DNA of 64,000 nt from Candidatus Bathyarchaeota archaeon (GCA_016783455.1 JADHWN010000007.1:10710-74709); one strand, 5' to 3'; positions 9,303-19,295 are shown, counted from the first letter of the stretch. Made by a program: numbers and translations. The notes: generated by a model not told the origin, from the sequence alone.

Positions 9303-10673
9303 TCAGAAGTAGTCGGTCATCTTCCTCTGCTGGAGTGTGTGCCTGAGGAGGTAACCCGCCTGCAGCCACTGCTCCAGGGGGATGCTTAGCCTGCCCATCA
9401 CCCTCTCCAGGGCCTCCCCCAAAGTGTCGTAGGCCAGGGGCGGCTGGCGCATCGCGTTCCTCACGTTCTCCCGGACCTGCCAGACCCCAACCGGCAGTAT
9501 ATAGTCGGGGTAGGCCTCCCTGAGGATGAAGACCTTGGCCTGGCGCCGGACCTTGGTGAGGTGCTCCAGGACGGCGAGCCTACCCGCGTAGTAGCAGCCC
9601 CCCATGGAGGCGTACTTGCTCCGGCTGTTGTAGCCCTCCCAGTCGGTGACTATGGAGACATGAGTCTCAGAGGGGTTCCACAGGGTGCGGGGGTACCACG
9701 CCTCGTAGGCCTCGTAGCACCAGGCGTCGGGGACGAGGAGGACCTCGAACCTGTTCCCTAAGTAGTCCGACTCGTAGACCTCGTAGTGGTTGACGAGGGG
9801 GTAGTCCTTGGTCCTGTTGGCGAGGACCTTGGAGACGATGTCGTCCACAGCCGTGATGCTCCACCGGGTGGGCACCAGCCTCCTATTCCTCTCGACGCCG
9901 AAGCTCCCCATGCTGAAGGCCTTCTGGATCTGGGTCACCGGGACCCCCTCCTCGTGGAGGCTGATGGTCGCGGGGGCGGCCTTGAGGTCGGTGTCGTAGT
10001 GGGCCTTCTCCATGTCCCTGTTCCACCTGATGTAGCCGATCTCGATCTTGTCCAGGGGGGCGTTGGGCCCTATCGGCTGGACATCGGCGTCCACCCTGAA
10101 GCTCCTCCGGGGGGGCTTGTGGAGCTTCATCTCGGTCTCCACGTAGTGCTCAGCCAGGGCGAGCTCCCTGGTCCGGTCGAGGACGCGCCCCGCCCTCTCC
10201 GGCTTATGGACGTTCACCCTGTACATGCCCCTGACGAGCTGGGCCCTGTAATCGATGATCTCGTCTATGGACCTCCCTAGCCACTGCTCGGGTGAGTCGA
10301 GGATTGACGTGTCGCCGTAGTAATTAGGGGCCAGGGGGCCGATGTTGACGTAGGGATAGCCGAATCGCCCCACGAAGACGCTGGGGGGCGAGGATCCGTC
10401 GACGGTGAGGCCCTTGATGCTCCTCCAGATCTTGTAGTGGGAGCTCGCGCGGGCGATGACGGGGCAGCTGGTCTTCCCGCAGAGCATCTTGGAGCCCTTG
10501 CAGATGGCGCAGAGGGAGCCGCTGGGAGCCTGCATCCTGAGGTAGTCCGATGTGAAGTCCAGATTTGCACCCATGTTGGGGTCCGTGGACGTCAGGTCGC
10601 GGATCCAGAGGTTACTGGCCTTGACCCGTTTGGCTATCCTCTTTGGCAACTTCGGTATCAGGTTCCCCTGCAC
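9303..10673 (-). CDS. nre: Archaeal Nre-family protein (DUF650/DUF651, putative DNA repair)
   Basis: 456 aa, N-terminal Cys cluster (CAICKGSKMLCGKTSCP) and conserved 'PTRWSITAVDD'. GTG start. Confidence 0.7.
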   Translation of the reverse strand: MQGNLIPKLPKRIAKRVKASNLWIRDLTSTDPNMGANLDFTSDYLRMQAPSGSLCAICKGSKMLCGKTSCPVIARASSHYKIWRSIKGLTVDGSSPPSVFVGRFGYPYVNIGPLAPNYYGDTSILDSPEQWLGRSIDEIIDYRAQLVRGMYRVNVHKPERAGRVLDRTRELALAEHYVETEMKLHKPPRRSFRVDADVQPIGPNAPLDKIEIGYIRWNRDMEKAHYDTDLKAAPATISLHEEGVPVTQIQKAFSMGSFGVERNRRLVPTRWSITAVDDIVSKVLANRTKDYPLVNHYEVYESDYLGNRFEVLLVPDAWCYEAYEAWYPRTLWNPSETHVSIVTDWEGYNSRSKYASMGGCYYAGRLAVLEHLTKVRRQAKVFILREAYPDYILPVGVWQVRENVRNAMRQPPLAYDTLGEALERVMGRLSIPLEQWLQAGYLLRHTLQQRKMTDYF

Positions 10674-10784
10674 TTGTTATATAGCTTAAGGTGGTGATGA
10701 TAGGAGAGAGGTCGGTGAAATTACCCTACCTGGAGGACGCGTGAACTGGGCGACAGCATAGTCAACGGCTGGTCCGACCTCCTC

Positions 10785-11429
10785 ATGAGGCTTCCCCCCC
10801 TCATCCTAGGCCTCTTCCTGTTCTCCGTGGGAGTCGTCATGAGCCTCTACTCCAACCTCGGCATGAGCCCCTGGGGCGTCTTCCAGGTAGGCCTCGCCGA
10901 GATACTGCCTCTCACCCTCGGACAGGTCTCACAGGTCGTCGGCCTCGCCGTCCTGGTGCTCGGCTGGGCCCTCGGGTTCCCACCGGGCCTCGGCACCGTC
11001 GCCAACGTGTACCTGGTAGGACTGTTCATCGACCTCGTGATGGTCTGGAACCTCCTACCACAACCGGTTGGGCTAGTCCCCCAGATGGCGATGCTCATCC
11101 TCGGCATCGTGGTGATAGGAGTCGCCTCCCTCCTCTACCTTAAGGTCCAGCTCGGGGCGGGACCCAGGGACGGCCTCATGGTAGGCCTGGTCACCAAACT
11201 AGACAGGCCAGTCTCCCAGGTCCGGATGGCCATCGAGGTCACAGTGCTGGTGATGGGCTTCTTCCTCGGTGGACCGGTGGGCATAGGGACCATCCTGAAC
11301 GCCCTCCTCACTGGGCCTGTGGTGCAACTGTCCTTCAAGCTGGGGGGGTTCAACCCGAAATCGGAGCAGGTTGACCTGTACAGGCTGGCGAGGCTTCTGT
11401 CAGGTAGGTCCAAGGGGCTCGAAAAATAA
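10785..11429 (+). CDS. YczE-like membrane protein
   Basis: 'NLGMSPWGVFQVGL' and 'GAGPRDGLMVGL' match remembered B. subtilis YczE motifs. Confidence 0.75.
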   Translation: MRLPPLILGLFLFSVGVVMSLYSNLGMSPWGVFQVGLAEILPLTLGQVSQVVGLAVLVLGWALGFPPGLGTVANVYLVGLFIDLVMVWNLLPQPVGLVPQMAMLILGIVVIGVASLLYLKVQLGAGPRDGLMVGLVTKLDRPVSQVRMAIEVTVLVMGFFLGGPVGIGTILNALLTGPVVQLSFKLGGFNPKSEQVDLYRLARLLSGRSKGLEK

Positions 11430-11437
11430 GAAAAAAA

Positions 11438-12634
11438 TTAGAGGATGGTCATGGACTCGAGGTCCCTGGGATAGTAGGTTATCAGCTCGTAGCCGTCCTC
11501 GGTTATCACCGCAGTGTCGGAGTGCCTGAACCCGGCGTAGCCGAGCTCGTAGATCCCCGGCTCGATGCTCACAACCATCCCGACCTCCAGGACCTCGGGG
11601 TTGCCCATGTCAAGGAAGGGCGGCTCGTGACCCTGCAGCCCGATGCCGTGGCCCGTGTGGTGCTTCATCAGGGACCCGTACCCCGCGTCAATGAAGACCT
11701 TCCGGGAAGCATTGTCGACATCCGCACAGGTGTTCCCGGGCTTCAAGGCCTCGATGGAGGCGGCCTGGGCATCCACCATCACGTCGAACATCTTCGCCTG
11801 CTTCGCCGTGGGCTCCCCCACGATCATGGTCCTCTCCAGCTCGCTCCCGTAGCCCCCGACGTCTGCCCCGGCCCCTGTGACGAGGACGTCCCCGTCCTTG
11901 ATGGCCCTGTCGATGCTGACGCAGTGGGGCATCGCCGACTTCCAGCCGACCTGGCCCCTGAAGCCCGCCGAGCAGGCCCTGCTCCCCTTGGTGGGCGCGT
12001 ATTCGGGGCCCAGGGTCTTCTTCATGATCCCCGTGGCCTCGGCGCTGGCCATCAACGCGACCTCGGCGTCCCAGAGCCCCGGAGCCGTGTACTCCTGGAG
12101 GAACATGTGGGCTAGGTTGCCCCACTTCCCGCTCTCCCTGATGAGGGCGATCTCCTCCTCTGTCTTCTTGAGCCTCACGTCCCAGAAGTACCTCCCCAGC
12201 TTCTCGAAGGATGCGTCCGGCATCTTCTCGCTCAGCGGCGGCCCATCGTAGCCCATGGCCCCGGTTGCCCCGGCGGGGTTGTCGGCCACTATCTTCGCCT
12301 TCCCGTAGCCCATCTCCGTGAGCCACTTGGCGAAGAGGTCGATGGGGTGGGTCTCCCCAGGGTAGTCCAGGTACGTGTAGACGTCCTTGATGAGGGGTGT
12401 CTGGTGCTTCAGGTGGTCTCCCTCGAGGAGGGGTCCGACGAAGGCCATCTCCCCCTCGGCGGGCACCACGAGGGCGGCGGGGCGCTCCGTGGTCATGTGG
12501 TAGAAGTGGCTGAGGTAGAAGATGTTGACCCCGCTCGTGACGAGCATGGCGTCGTATCCCTTCTCCCCCATGAACGACTTGGCGTGCTCCAGCCTCCTCC
12601 CGTACTCCTTCCAGCTGATCCTAAGCTTAGGCAT
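11438..12634 (-). CDS. M24-family Xaa-Pro peptidase/creatinase-like
   Basis: 398 aa, 'HHTGHGIGLQGHEPP', 'SIEPGIY', creatinase-like N-domain. Confidence 0.85.
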   Translation of the reverse strand: MPKLRISWKEYGRRLEHAKSFMGEKGYDAMLVTSGVNIFYLSHFYHMTTERPAALVVPAEGEMAFVGPLLEGDHLKHQTPLIKDVYTYLDYPGETHPIDLFAKWLTEMGYGKAKIVADNPAGATGAMGYDGPPLSEKMPDASFEKLGRYFWDVRLKKTEEEIALIRESGKWGNLAHMFLQEYTAPGLWDAEVALMASAEATGIMKKTLGPEYAPTKGSRACSAGFRGQVGWKSAMPHCVSIDRAIKDGDVLVTGAGADVGGYGSELERTMIVGEPTAKQAKMFDVMVDAQAASIEALKPGNTCADVDNASRKVFIDAGYGSLMKHHTGHGIGLQGHEPPFLDMGNPEVLEVGMVVSIEPGIYELGYAGFRHSDTAVITEDGYELITYYPRDLESMTIL

Positions 12635-12705
12635 GATAATCCGCTCATCTCAGATTCAGCCTATGAACATTAAAGCACTATCGACCCCGCACAACCATTT
12701 TATAG

Positions 12706-12978
12706 ATGCCCGAAAAACGATTAGACAATTCCAATTGGAGGGCCTGGATGCAGCTCTGGGAGTGGATTTTAGTCTTCATCCTCATAGGCCCCCTGATCCT
12801 CACGACCATCGTGCTCGGCCTCAGCCTCGCAGGTGTGGGCCTTAAGGACCTGACCCGCTACTTGGACCGGCTGCGGGCCGAGGAGGGGCCCGCCCTCCCA
12901 GAGGACACCATCCCCGATGTCGATATCGACAGGTACATTGAAGAGCTGAAGAAGCAGAAGGATCAGGATGAAGGCTAA
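12706..12978 (+). CDS. Small membrane protein, hypothetical
   Basis: 90 aa, one long hydrophobic helix then an acidic/basic tail. Confidence 0.35.
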   Translation: MPEKRLDNSNWRAWMQLWEWILVFILIGPLILTTIVLGLSLAGVGLKDLTRYLDRLRAEEGPALPEDTIPDVDIDRYIEELKKQKDQDEG

Positions 12979-13838
12979 TCCTCGCCGTAGATGAGCTTCA
13001 TCTCGTCGAGGGAGAGCTTCTCACCTGCCTCCAGCTTGCGCTTCGCCTCAGCCAGGAGCTCTTCCCTCATCGCCCTGAGGCCCTGGTCCCTCCTGGCGCT
13101 GAGCCTCTGGCCCACCACCTGGAGCTTCTTCCTCAGCTTCCGGACCTCGGGTAGGACCACGTCTATCTCAGCGTTGACCTTCCTGCTCTCCTCGAGGCGC
13201 TCCACGAACCTGGCATGGAACTCATCGGCGCGGCCACCCTCCTCGTCGACCTTCCTGTACAGCGCGAGCATCCTCTCGTGGTGGCCCTGGCTCACATCGC
13301 GGATCGCCTGTATCTCATCCCTCTCCTTGCGGATCCCTAGTCCGATGGCCCGGGAGCCCGCTAGTGAGTCTAGCCTGACATCCTCCTGGGCCTCAAGCCT
13401 CTTGTGCTCCTCCAGGAGGGTCCTGAGGCTGCTGGCCCGCTCCATTAGCTCCTCCTCCTTGTCCCTGATCTCCATGGTGGGCGTCGTCGCCATCTCCCAC
13501 TCGACCTGCTGCAGGTCCTGCTCCACCCTCCACCGCGGGGGGAGCCCGGATCGCCTCTCCTCCCGCCTCCCGTCGAGCTGGTTGAGCTCCCCCCTCTTGT
13601 CGTCCAGCTTCTCCCTCAGCCCGTCTATCCTGGCCTTGATCTCGGCAACCTTCTGGTTGAGCTCGTCCCTCAGGCCTCTCTCCGAGGTGGCCTGCTCCCG
13701 GAGCGACCTGACCTCCTCGTTGAGAGCATCGCGCTGGCCCTTGAACTTGTCCGCCTGCTCCCGTAGGCTGTCCCTCTTCCTGAAGAGCCCGTCCAGTGTC
13801 CTCTCGAGCTCTGCGAGCCTCTCGTCGTCAGCTGACAT
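12975..13838 (-). CDS. Archaeal coiled-coil protein (COG1340-like)
   Basis: Heptad-rich E/R/L/K sequence. ATG at 13838 (MSADDERLAELE) is preferred over the track start at 13925. Confidence 0.55.
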   Translation of the reverse strand: MSADDERLAELERTLDGLFRKRDSLREQADKFKGQRDALNEEVRSLREQATSERGLRDELNQKVAEIKARIDGLREKLDDKRGELNQLDGRREERRSGLPPRWRVEQDLQQVEWEMATTPTMEIRDKEEELMERASSLRTLLEEHKRLEAQEDVRLDSLAGSRAIGLGIRKERDEIQAIRDVSQGHHERMLALYRKVDEEGGRADEFHARFVERLEESRKVNAEIDVVLPEVRKLRKKLQVVGQRLSARRDQGLRAMREELLAEAKRKLEAGEKLSLDEMKLIYGED

Positions 13839-14163
13839 ACTGGTCTTCCTCCCCGTGGAGCTTCCTTCTTCTCGCCTCATGCAGATTGGGCTCTTCATTA
13901 AAAACTTGGCGGATGATTGGACCACATCTCCATCGTCTAATCAAGTGAGATGTGGCGCTCGATGATTCTAAAAAGTTGGCCTCAGATTAACTCTGATCGG
14001 TCATTGATCACCCTAATGCCTTCACATCATTGGCCACACTGGGATTCTCATGCGACGATATATGGGTTCCCTTGAACTCCTGTATGCGGATGAAGCGTAC
14101 AACCTCGTGCAGCACGGTTAGCAACAGATAATTAGTGTACCCCACTACTCTTCTCCGGCTAAA

Positions 14164-15177
14164 ATGAGGGATCTGGAGGAGAGGGGGCTCATCGTCCTCG
14201 GAGTCCACTTCACCCTCCACCTCATCCCGGTCATGGTCGTCGTCTGGGTCCTAGGATCCCAGAGCCTCAATCTGCTATACGTACTGGGCTACGGGGCATT
14301 GGCCACGCTCATTATCATACTCGCGGAATGGCTTCTGGGGCCTTCCCTGATATCCTCGATGGCTGATCCCCGGTGGGTCGCTGAGGGGGAGGACCCCATC
14401 ATCTGGGCCCTCGTGGAGGGGGAGGCCCGGAAGCTGGATATGAGGGTCCCCCGGGTCGGCGTCATCGACAACATGGCCCCAAACGCACTGGTGTACTCGT
14501 CGCTGACAGGTCGGCCTGTGCTCCTCTTCACGAGGGGTCTCCTCGTAGAGCTGACTCACAGCGAGGTCAGATGCGTGGCGGTCCACCTTATGTGCCGCTC
14601 CGGGGGCTGGGTCCCCTCGGTCCTGACCACTGTGTCGGGGTTCCTGACGGTCTTCAACCTGATGTCCAGGGGATACTTTCAGCGCAGGGCCAAGGGGCAG
14701 TCCCCGGGCCTTCTCAACGTGATGCTAGCCGGGTGGGGGCACCTGTTCATGAACTTGGCGTATCCCGTCATAGCACCTCTGTCGAGGCAGCTGACAGTCC
14801 AGGGGGACGAAGCCGCTCTGGCTCAGACCGGGGATCCCTCCAGCTACCTGAGGGCGCTTATGAAGGTCTCGGCGGGGCTGGCCTCCCGGGAGCTGGACCT
14901 AGTCCAGGTGTTCCTGGGGGGACACTCGTTCCAGGACCCCACCGTCGCGAACGCGGATACGTCAGCGGTGAGGAACGTTGCTGGCATGTACGGGATCAAC
15001 CTGGATATTCTCCTGGGATACAAGTTCCCCGCCGATCAGGGTAACCAGTCGCTTCTGCCCAGCCTTTTCAAGAGGCTGTCGTTGCAGCCCGAGCTGTCCG
15101 AGAGGTTCAGGAGTGTGGTTGAGACGGGGAAGAGTGTTCAGACTCCCATCAAGGTGGGTCTGGCCTGGATAGAGTAG
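14164..15177 (+). CDS. M48/HtpX-like membrane protein with degenerate zinc motif
   Basis: HtpX-like topology and 'GLLVELTHSEVRCVAVHLMCR', where HEXXH would be expected. Confidence 0.5.
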   Translation: MRDLEERGLIVLGVHFTLHLIPVMVVVWVLGSQSLNLLYVLGYGALATLIIILAEWLLGPSLISSMADPRWVAEGEDPIIWALVEGEARKLDMRVPRVGVIDNMAPNALVYSSLTGRPVLLFTRGLLVELTHSEVRCVAVHLMCRSGGWVPSVLTTVSGFLTVFNLMSRGYFQRRAKGQSPGLLNVMLAGWGHLFMNLAYPVIAPLSRQLTVQGDEAALAQTGDPSSYLRALMKVSAGLASRELDLVQVFLGGHSFQDPTVANADTSAVRNVAGMYGINLDILLGYKFPADQGNQSLLPSLFKRLSLQPELSERFRSVVETGKSVQTPIKVGLAWIE

Positions 15178-15181
15178 GGCC

Positions 15182-15784
15182 TCACTCGATGCTCAGCTTC
15201 TTGCCCTTGCCCTTGGACTGACGCTTGGTCAGCGTCGTCTCCAGGACGCCGTTGGAGAAGGTGGACCTCGCCGACGATTCGTCCACTTCCACGGGGAGGT
15301 CGAGCTCCTTGAGGTACCTCCTCTCAGGGGTGTCGACGCTTATGGTGAGTGTGCCCTCGGCGAGGAAGAGGCTGATGTCCTCCTTGTCCACGCCGGGGAG
15401 CTCCGCCAGCACCTTGATCTCCCCCTCCTCCTCGATGACGTCGACGAGGGGCTCCCTCTGGTCACGTAGATTAAGGGGCTGCCCCTCCGTCCCCGCACCA
15501 GGCTTTATGTTGCCGAACTCCCGTATCACGGGCTTGCCGTCTGGGCCGATCTTCATGGAGTAGCCGTAGACGAAGGGGCCATACTCCCTACTGACGGAGC
15601 CGTCGGGGAGGCGTCGAACCCGGACCATGTCCCGGGGCATTGTGTTCTCCATCTCCTTGAAGGACTTGGCCATCTCCTTCTCCATCTCCTCGATCATCTT
15701 GTCGAGCTCCGGGAAGAAGAATCCTTTCCGCTCCTTGAATCTCTTGAACCAATCATCACCGAAAGATGACATACCTAATACCAA
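15182..15784 (-). CDS. Small heat-shock protein (Hsp20/alpha-crystallin family)
   Basis: 'VLAELPGVDKEDISLFLAEGTLTISV...GVLETTL' ACD motifs. Confidence 0.8.
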   Translation of the reverse strand: MVLGMSSFGDDWFKRFKERKGFFFPELDKMIEEMEKEMAKSFKEMENTMPRDMVRVRRLPDGSVSREYGPFVYGYSMKIGPDGKPVIREFGNIKPGAGTEGQPLNLRDQREPLVDVIEEEGEIKVLAELPGVDKEDISLFLAEGTLTISVDTPERRYLKELDLPVEVDESSARSTFSNGVLETTLTKRQSKGKGKKLSIE

Positions 15785-15861
15785 GAGAACGATCTGAAAC
15801 GTGTTTCTTAAAGGTTAGCCAGGGAGCGAACGCCTTATCTCAATCCGTTCGTGATCGGATC

Positions 15862-17031
15862 GTGGTCAATTTGGAGACTATCCTGGTCGCCTACAACGAG
15901 ATAGCCCTCAAGAGCCCGAGCGTGAGGAGGCGGCTGGAGAGGCACCTGATGAGCAACATCCTCCACATCCTGAGGAGGAAGGGCTTCGACGACGCGAATG
16001 CCACCCGGGGCTTCGGCAGGATCTACATCGAGGGAGCCCCCCTTGATTCAGCTTCCACGGTGGCCAACGTCTTCGGCGTCGCCTCATCGATGCCTGCCCT
16101 GAAGACCACGACCGACTACGACTCTGTGGAACGCCTCACGGTCGAGGTCGCAAATCAACGCATCCAGGAAGGGCAGTCCTTCGCTGTGAGGCCGAGGGTG
16201 GTAGGAGATCACCCCTTCTCCAGCCAGGACCTGGCGGTGAAGCTTGGGTCCGCCGTCCTCGAACCCAACTCCGCCAGGGGGGTCCACGTAAACCTCTCCG
16301 AGCCCGACGTCACCCTCTACGTCGAGGTGCGGGACATGGGCGCCTACGTCTACACGCGGATAATCAAGGGGGTCGGGGGGCTCCCCTACGGCTCCCAGGG
16401 CCGTCTCGTCTCCCTCTTCAGCGGGGGGATCGACAGCCCCGCGGCGGCCTGGATGATGATGAAGAGGGGGGCGGAGGTCCTCCCCCTGTTCATGGATCAG
16501 AGGCCTCACGTCGGTGAGAGCTACGTGGAGCGGGTTAAGGACGCCCTTAGGGGTCTCTCGGACTACATCCCGACCGATGAGCTGGTCCTCTACGTCGCCC
16601 CCATCGGGGACCTGATGGGCAGGATATCGGAGTCCCCTAACCCGAAGCTCAGGTGCGTGCTCTGCAAGCGCTCCATGTACCGCATCGCCGCGGCCTTCGC
16701 CGAGGAGCAGAACGCGAAGGGCATCGTGACGGGTGAGAGCCTAGGGCAGGTCGCCTCCCAGACACTGGACAATCTCTACGTGCTCGACGAGGCAGTCAGC
16801 ATCCCCGTGCTGCGGCCGACGATCGGCTTTGACAAGCTGGAGATCGAGGGAATCGCGAAGAAGATAGGGACCTATGGCATCTCAGCTGTGTCTGTCGACG
16901 GCTGCACCGTGGTCCCGAGCAAGCCCTCCACGAGGTCCAGGTTGGAGGAGGTCCGCAAGCTTGAGGAGGAGCTGGGGCTGCTCGACCTATGCAGCGAGGC
17001 GAGCCAGAGCATAACTAAAGTTCCCGTCTAG
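15862..17031 (+). CDS. thiI: tRNA 4-thiouridine synthase ThiI (THUMP plus PP-loop)
   Basis: 'SGGIDSPAAAWMMMKRG' PP-loop. The track start at 15766 overlaps the hsp20 start, so GTG 15862 or TTG 15871 is more plausible. Confidence 0.8.
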   Translation: MVNLETILVAYNEIALKSPSVRRRLERHLMSNILHILRRKGFDDANATRGFGRIYIEGAPLDSASTVANVFGVASSMPALKTTTDYDSVERLTVEVANQRIQEGQSFAVRPRVVGDHPFSSQDLAVKLGSAVLEPNSARGVHVNLSEPDVTLYVEVRDMGAYVYTRIIKGVGGLPYGSQGRLVSLFSGGIDSPAAAWMMMKRGAEVLPLFMDQRPHVGESYVERVKDALRGLSDYIPTDELVLYVAPIGDLMGRISESPNPKLRCVLCKRSMYRIAAAFAEEQNAKGIVTGESLGQVASQTLDNLYVLDEAVSIPVLRPTIGFDKLEIEGIAKKIGTYGISAVSVDGCTVVPSKPSTRSRLEEVRKLEEELGLLDLCSEASQSITKVPV

Positions 17032-17100
17032 TACACTTCTCTCACTGGTTAGGGAAACGTGAAATAGGCGTGAGCCCTACGATATCCAACTGGTGTCATT

Positions 17101-17364
17101 ATGGCTAAACTACCCAGGAACGCCCTGGAGGGGAGCGTCGACCTCGACTTCGAGGAGACCGAGGAGCACTGGAACACCTACACCCTCAGCGACGGGACCA
17201 CAATCAAGGTGAAGCTGGTCCTGAGGGGGGTGAAGCGCCTCAAGAGGTACGAGCCCGACGGGAACCCCATCTACGTAATAAACTCGATAAACGTCGTCAG
17301 GTCCATCAATGTCCCCCCTGAGCTCAAGGCTAAACCGAAAGCGTCCGAGATGGCCCCCGTCTAG
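17101..17364 (+). CDS. Hypothetical protein
   Basis: 87-aa ORF with host-like codon usage. No family recognised. Confidence 0.4.
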   Translation: MAKLPRNALEGSVDLDFEETEEHWNTYTLSDGTTIKVKLVLRGVKRLKRYEPDGNPIYVINSINVVRSINVPPELKAKPKASEMAPV

Positions 17365-17381
17365 ACCCCGAGGCCCGAGCC

Positions 17382-17795
17382 TTGAAGCTTGACCTCATCT
17401 ACCACACCCCCGACGTGGAGACCCTCATCGCCACCGCGATGCTGACCACTACCAGTGGTGCCAAGCCCTCTACGCTCTACAACCGCCTGAAGGAGAAGGA
17501 GAAGCGTGTTGCGGATGTCGTGGGCAGGCTTGAGGCCCAGCACGGGAGCACCCTGGAGCATAACAGGCTGGTCTGGCTTCTGGAGGCCGTGGAAGGCGAG
17601 GTCCTAGACTTTGCGCTTCGGTCGAGGTTCTTAACGATAACTAAACTCGGTGACGACCGCTGGCTGCTCAGCGCAAACCTGAGGACCGTTGTTGAGCTAG
17701 CTGCAGAGGACGATCCCTTCGCAAAGTCGCTGGCGGCTTCGATCCAAGAGGTAGCCCCCAATCTCAGCGTAAGCCCGTCGAGGAGTGGGGCATGA
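17382..17795 (+). CDS. Degenerate ThyX-like protein lacking the RHRxxS signature
   Basis: 'HGSTLEHNRLVWLLE' resembles the ThyX N-terminal half, and 'RSRFLTI' replaces RHR..S..S.RY. The stop overlaps the thyX ATG (ATGA). Confidence 0.45.
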   Translation: MKLDLIYHTPDVETLIATAMLTTTSGAKPSTLYNRLKEKEKRVADVVGRLEAQHGSTLEHNRLVWLLEAVEGEVLDFALRSRFLTITKLGDDRWLLSANLRTVVELAAEDDPFAKSLAASIQEVAPNLSVSPSRSGA

Positions 17796-18412
17796 AAGCG
17801 GAGCTGCTGAGCTTCACGCCCCTCAAGGAGGTGAAGGCGGTCATCCATGAAGACCTTCCCGAGACGGAGCTGCTCCCACACCTTACCTACGTCTACGCCA
17901 TCGAGGGCATCAGCAGGGCCTGCAGCCACCAGCTCGTGAGGCACAGGACCGCCTCCTACTCCCAGCAGAGCCAACGCTACATCCCCGTAAGGAGGCTGCG
18001 GGAGAGGGTAGTGGTCCCCCCCAGCGTCTCGGAGAAGGCCCTGGACGGGTACCTATCACTCATCGAGGGCGCCAGCGACGCCTACGAGGGGCTCGTTGAC
18101 AGGGGCGTCCCCCGGGAGGACGCCCGCTTCGTCCTGCCTAACGCCACCGAGACGAGCCTCCTCTTCACAATCGACGGCCGATCCCTCATCCACTTCTTCG
18201 GCATAAGATGCTGCAACAGGGCCCAGTGGGAGATAAGGGCGCTAGCGGACAGGATGCTTGCCGAGGTCCGCAGGGAGGAGCCCGCGCTGTACAGCCGTGC
18301 CGGTCCATCCTGCTACCAGCTTGGGTACTGTCCAGAGGGGCGCTTCACATGCGGCAAGATGGACGAGGTAGTCGAAAGATACGGCAACCTAATTCAGGAT
18401 ATAGTGGAATAG
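17792..18412 (+). CDS. thyX: FAD-dependent thymidylate synthase
   Basis: 'QLVRHRTASYSQQSQRY' ThyX signature. Confidence 0.85.
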   Translation: MKAELLSFTPLKEVKAVIHEDLPETELLPHLTYVYAIEGISRACSHQLVRHRTASYSQQSQRYIPVRRLRERVVVPPSVSEKALDGYLSLIEGASDAYEGLVDRGVPREDARFVLPNATETSLLFTIDGRSLIHFFGIRCCNRAQWEIRALADRMLAEVRREEPALYSRAGPSCYQLGYCPEGRFTCGKMDEVVERYGNLIQDIVE

Positions 18413-18574
18413 TGGGTTCATGGCTCTCTTGAGGACCCTTCTGGGCTTCGCTCCCGTGTGCTCACCCTTCTCGACGACGGGTGTGCCGTTGATGATGACG
18501 TACTTGATGCACAGCCATCTAACGAGGCGGGAAACCCCTTTTATCGCCCCTCCCCCTATTTTCCTGTGGTTTCC

Positions 18575-19231
18575 ATGAGAAGATTGCTAGCTGTGGTCTC
18601 ACATCCCGACGACGAGACCTTCGGATGCGGTGGAGCCCTGGCCCTCAACGCGAAGCAGGGGGGCTTGAGCCGGGTCCTCTGCCTGACAAGCGACCCGCCG
18701 GAGCGGGGTGACGAGCTCAGGGCAGCGTGCAAGGCCCTGAGGATCGGTAAACCCGTGATCATGGGCCTTGAGAAGATCTCAGCTGATGACGCCGTCATCA
18801 GGCGGGTCTCAGACCACATCGCCTCGTTCAGGCCCGACGTCGTGATAACACACCTCCCTACCGACTATCACAGGGACCACCGGGCGACCTACGAGGTCGT
18901 GAAGGAGGCGGTGGAGTGGGCAGCCCACACGACCGCGTACGAGGAGCCCTGGCTCGTCGGTAGGCTGCTGCTCATGGAGGTGAACACCCTGATCTCAAGC
19001 CCCCACGTCCTACTGGACATCTCAGACGTCTGGGCTCTCAAGGAGGCGGCTCTCGAGAGCCACCCCACGCAGCTTGCCAAGTTCAAGGACGGCTACTATC
19101 AGAGGTTCACCAAGGCGAAGGCTGAGCTAAGGGGCGTGCAGGGCGGATGCAGCTACGCGGAGGCCTTCATCGAGGAACCACTCCAGAGGAACGGGCCCTT
19201 CTACGAGACGAAGGCGTCCAAGTCCCTGTAG
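18575..19231 (+). CDS. bshB: PIG-L/LmbE-family N-acetylglucosaminyl deacetylase (BshB-like)
   Basis: 'AVVSHPDDETFGCGG' and 'DYHRDHR' motifs. ATG at 18575 is preferred over the track start at 18458. Confidence 0.7.
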   Translation: MRRLLAVVSHPDDETFGCGGALALNAKQGGLSRVLCLTSDPPERGDELRAACKALRIGKPVIMGLEKISADDAVIRRVSDHIASFRPDVVITHLPTDYHRDHRATYEVVKEAVEWAAHTTAYEEPWLVGRLLLMEVNTLISSPHVLLDISDVWALKEAALESHPTQLAKFKDGYYQRFTKAKAELRGVQGGCSYAEAFIEEPLQRNGPFYETKASKSL

Positions 19232-19295
19232 CAATTTCCCCGTCATGGAAAACGTTTAAAGCGACCCTAAGGGCTGGATTCTAAGGTTGTACTCT

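Noticed and set aside
10693-10699. C-box-like GUGAUGA (also CUGAUGA at 57249-57255) as possible C/D-box sRNA starts.
   Set aside because: No matching D box (CUGA) at the right spacing and no terminal stem. These are likely chance heptamers.
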